DNA of 64,000 nucleotides from Ignavibacteriota bacterium (GTDB lineage Bacteria > Bacteroidota > Ignavibacteria > UBA10030). The notes beneath the pieces are model-generated. The model ran no database searches, was not told where the DNA came from, and saw only the letters and a list, made by a program, of their open reading frames with translations. The translations under genes and the position numbers were made by a program. Shown here piece by piece: positions 61,483 through 64,000 of the stretch (position 1 is the stretch's first letter; each line of letters begins with the position of its first letter). The stretch is from contig OY969585.1 of assembly GCA_963701295.1 (NCBI GenBank), positions 1,184,001 through 1,248,000 of the forward strand. The letters are read 5' to 3'.

Positions 61483-61506
61483 TAATCTGTCTGAAAGGAA
61501 TGAACT

Positions 61507-63177
61507 ATGCGATCCGACATCATCAAAAAAGGGTTTGAACGAGCACCTCACCGTGCTTTGCTCCGCGCTGCAGGCGTAAAAGAAGCGGACTTCGGCAAGC
61601 CGTTCATCGCTGTTGCCAATTCTTATGTGGATATCGTACCCGGCCATGTGCATCTGCAGGCATTCGGAAAGTTAGTGAAGAATGCCATCCGGGCAGCCGG
61701 CGGCGTACCGTTCGAGTTTAATACTATTGCGGTCGATGACGGCATTGCCATGGGGCATGCCGGAATGAAATACAGCCTGCCTTCCCGTGAACTCATCGCC
61801 GACTGTGTGGAAACGATGATCGAGGCACACCCTTTCGACGGCATGGTATGCATACCAAACTGCGATAAAATTATTCCGGGAATGGTGATGGCTGCTCTTC
61901 GGGTGAATATTCCTACGATATTTGTTTCCGGCGGTCCAATGAAAGCCGGAAAAACGCCGGACGGAAAAGTAGTGGATTTGACTTCTGTATTTGAAGGCGT
62001 AGGTGCATATAAAGCCGGTACAGTAAATGAAAAATGGTTGAAGGTACTTGAGCGTTATGCATGCCCATCGTGCGGTTCGTGCTCGGGTTTGTTCACTGCC
62101 AATTCGATGAACTGTTTATTAGAAGTACTTGGGCTGGCATTGCCTTACAATGGTACTGCACTTGCCAAGAGCAAGGAACGAAATGAACTCGCCGCGGAAG
62201 CAGGAAAACTTATTTTGAAACTTGTTGCAAAAAATGTTTGTCCGCGCGATCTGGTTACGCAAGATGCTATTGATGATGCATTTGCGCTTGATATGGCGAT
62301 GGGTGGCAGCACGAACACGGTTCTTCATACATTGGCTTTCTGCAATGAAATCGGATTAGAATATCCGCTTTCGCGTATTAATCAGGTAGCAGATAAAATT
62401 CCGCATCTTGCCAAGATCAGCCCATCCGGCCCATGGCATATTGAAGATCTGCATAAGGCAGGAGGTATTCCCGCTCTCTTGAAAGAAGTGGCAAAAAAAG
62501 GAGATGATGTTCTCCATCTTGATCGGCCTACGGTAAGTGGAAAGACCATACGGAATATTCTTGCAAAAGCAAGAGTAAAAAATTCAGAAATTATTCGACC
62601 CGTGGAAAATCCGCATTCAGCAAAAGGTGGATTGGCAATTCTCTTCGGCAATCTTGCACCCGAAGGTGCCGTTATCAAAGCAGCCGGTGTCTCTTCAGCT
62701 ATGCGCAAGCACAGCGGACCGGCACGAATTTTTGAAGATCAGGAAGAAGCGCAAATAGGAATTCTAGCGGGACAAGTCCAAGCGGGCGATGTGGTCGTGA
62801 TTCGTTATGAAGGGCCTCGGGGCGGACCCGGTATGCAGGAGATGCTTTCTCCGACTTCAGCGATTGTGGGAATGGGACTCGGTGATAAAGTTGCGCTCAT
62901 TACTGATGGACGTTTTTCCGGCGGCACACGCGGCGCATGCATCGGACACATTTCGCCTGAGGCGGCAGGCGGAGGCCCTATTGCAGCATTGCATGCCGGC
63001 GACATCATCGACATCGATCTGGATGCACGCACATTGAATGTTCGCCTGAGTGATGAAGAAATTCGTTCGCGTATTGTAGCGCTGCCGAAATTCGAATATC
63101 GTACAACAAGCAAATGGCTCCGGCGTTATTCAAAATTTGTTACGAGTGCGAGCACCGGTGCGGTGTTACGATCTTAA
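61507..63177 (+). CDS. ilvD: Dihydroxy-acid dehydratase
   Basis: [45 protein letters not shown]. Confidence 0.97.
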   Translation: MRSDIIKKGFERAPHRALLRAAGVKEADFGKPFIAVANSYVDIVPGHVHLQAFGKLVKNAIRAAGGVPFEFNTIAVDDGIAMGHAGMKYSLPSRELIADCVETMIEAHPFDGMVCIPNCDKIIPGMVMAALRVNIPTIFVSGGPMKAGKTPDGKVVDLTSVFEGVGAYKAGTVNEKWLKVLERYACPSCGSCSGLFTANSMNCLLEVLGLALPYNGTALAKSKERNELAAEAGKLILKLVAKNVCPRDLVTQDAIDDAFALDMAMGGSTNTVLHTLAFCNEIGLEYPLSRINQVADKIPHLAKISPSGPWHIEDLHKAGGIPALLKEVAKKGDDVLHLDRPTVSGKTIRNILAKARVKNSEIIRPVENPHSAKGGLAILFGNLAPEGAVIKAAGVSSAMRKHSGPARIFEDQEEAQIGILAGQVQAGDVVVIRYEGPRGGPGMQEMLSPTSAIVGMGLGDKVALITDGRFSGGTRGACIGHISPEAAGGGPIAALHAGDIIDIDLDARTLNVRLSDEEIRSRIVALPKFEYRTTSKWLRRYSKFVTSASTGAVLRS

Positions 63178-63456
63178 TAAATAAAAGCATGACGGATGCG
63201 TTTCTGGAAAGAAACCACCGGAATAAGAAAGGTGTTGAGAAAATCGTACAAGCAACAGCGACAACAACTGGAAATAACCGGATACGAAATTTTCGTACGG
63301 TGTCTTACGGCAGAAGGAGTTGATGTACTCTTTGGATATCCGGGCGCATCGACCATCGGTATTTATGATGTACTCTACGATCTTAAGACTGCAAAGGCAA
63401 AAGGTACGGAAACAGAAGAAGATGGAACGACATCAAACAATAGAAGGAATAATGCA

Positions 63457-64000
63457 ATGACTCCGACTAAAGTATACGAAAATCATCAAGGCAAAACGAT
63501 GACAGGGGCGGAAATATTCGTTCGGAGCCTCGTCGAGGAAGGCGTAGATACGCTTTTTGGATATCCGGGTGGTGTCGTCATCGGGATCTATGATGTGCTG
63601 CACGATCTTACACACATCAAACACATTCTCACGCGGCACGAACAAGGAGCAACACATGCGGCGGAAGGATATTCAAAAGCGACCGGCAAACCCGGGGTTG
63701 TACTGGTAACATCTGGTCCCGGTGCAACAAATGCTGTTACCGGCATTGCTGATGCGTATATGGATTCGATACCGCTGGTTGTGTTCACTGGGCAGGTCAT
63801 CACGAAACTTATCGGAAATGATGCGTTCCAAGAAGTGGACATCGTTGGCATCACGCGCCCGATTACAAAACATAATTATCTCGTCAAAGATGTTAACGAA
63901 TTGGCGAATACTATCAAAGCGGCATTTTACATTGCTACCACCGGCAGGCCAGGTCCCGTGCTCGTCGATTTGCCGAAAGATGTTCTTGCTGCGAAAGCTG
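63457..64000 (+). CDS. ilvB: Acetolactate synthase large subunit (3'-partial; frame open from ATG 63196)
   Basis: [40 protein letters not shown]; runs off the window end; AGGA RBS-like sequence before ATG 63457. Confidence 0.93.
   Translation, partial: MTPTKVYENHQGKTMTGAEIFVRSLVEEGVDTLFGYPGGVVIGIYDVLHDLTHIKHILTRHEQGATHAAEGYSKATGKPGVVLVTSGPGATNAVTGIADAYMDSIPLVVFTGQVITKLIGNDAFQEVDIVGITRPITKHNYLVKDVNELANTIKAAFYIATTGRPGPVLVDLPKDVLAAKA

Noticed and set aside
61210-61500. T-box riboswitch upstream of ilvD
   Set aside because: No T-box consensus (AGGTGGNACC-like) found; the leader-peptide model fits better

Overview
Bacterial chromosomal window, most consistent with the Ignavibacteria / Bacteroidota-Chlorobi (FCB) group: several T9SS C-terminal-domain proteins, a MoxR-Bat operon and a DUF6588-like protein. 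It is mostly housekeeping: valS, queD-queE-queF-queC, dinB, truA, nadC-nadA-nadB, an ABC-F ATPase, hrpB, ldh, moxR-DUF58-batABCDE, typA, mfd, ilvD, the 5' part of ilvB, and tRNA-Gly(CCC). I found no CRISPR array, prophage, integrase or transposase. The most notable unannotated signals are: (i) a Leu/Ile/Val-rich 50-codon leader peptide with alternative hairpins upstream of ilvD, a candidate attenuator; (ii) an in-frame, synonymously diverged duplicate of the first 37 conserved codons of ilvB; (iii) two decayed attC-like sites, each followed by a small accessory gene, with no integrase in the window; (iv) a structured intergenic element with pseudoknot potential near 26.0-26.2 kb; (v) several families of REP-like palindromes; (vi) small lesions, namely an in-frame amber codon, an out-of-frame vestigial lipoprotein signal and a NadA motif substitution. 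All product calls come from motif recognition by eye; no database searches were run.
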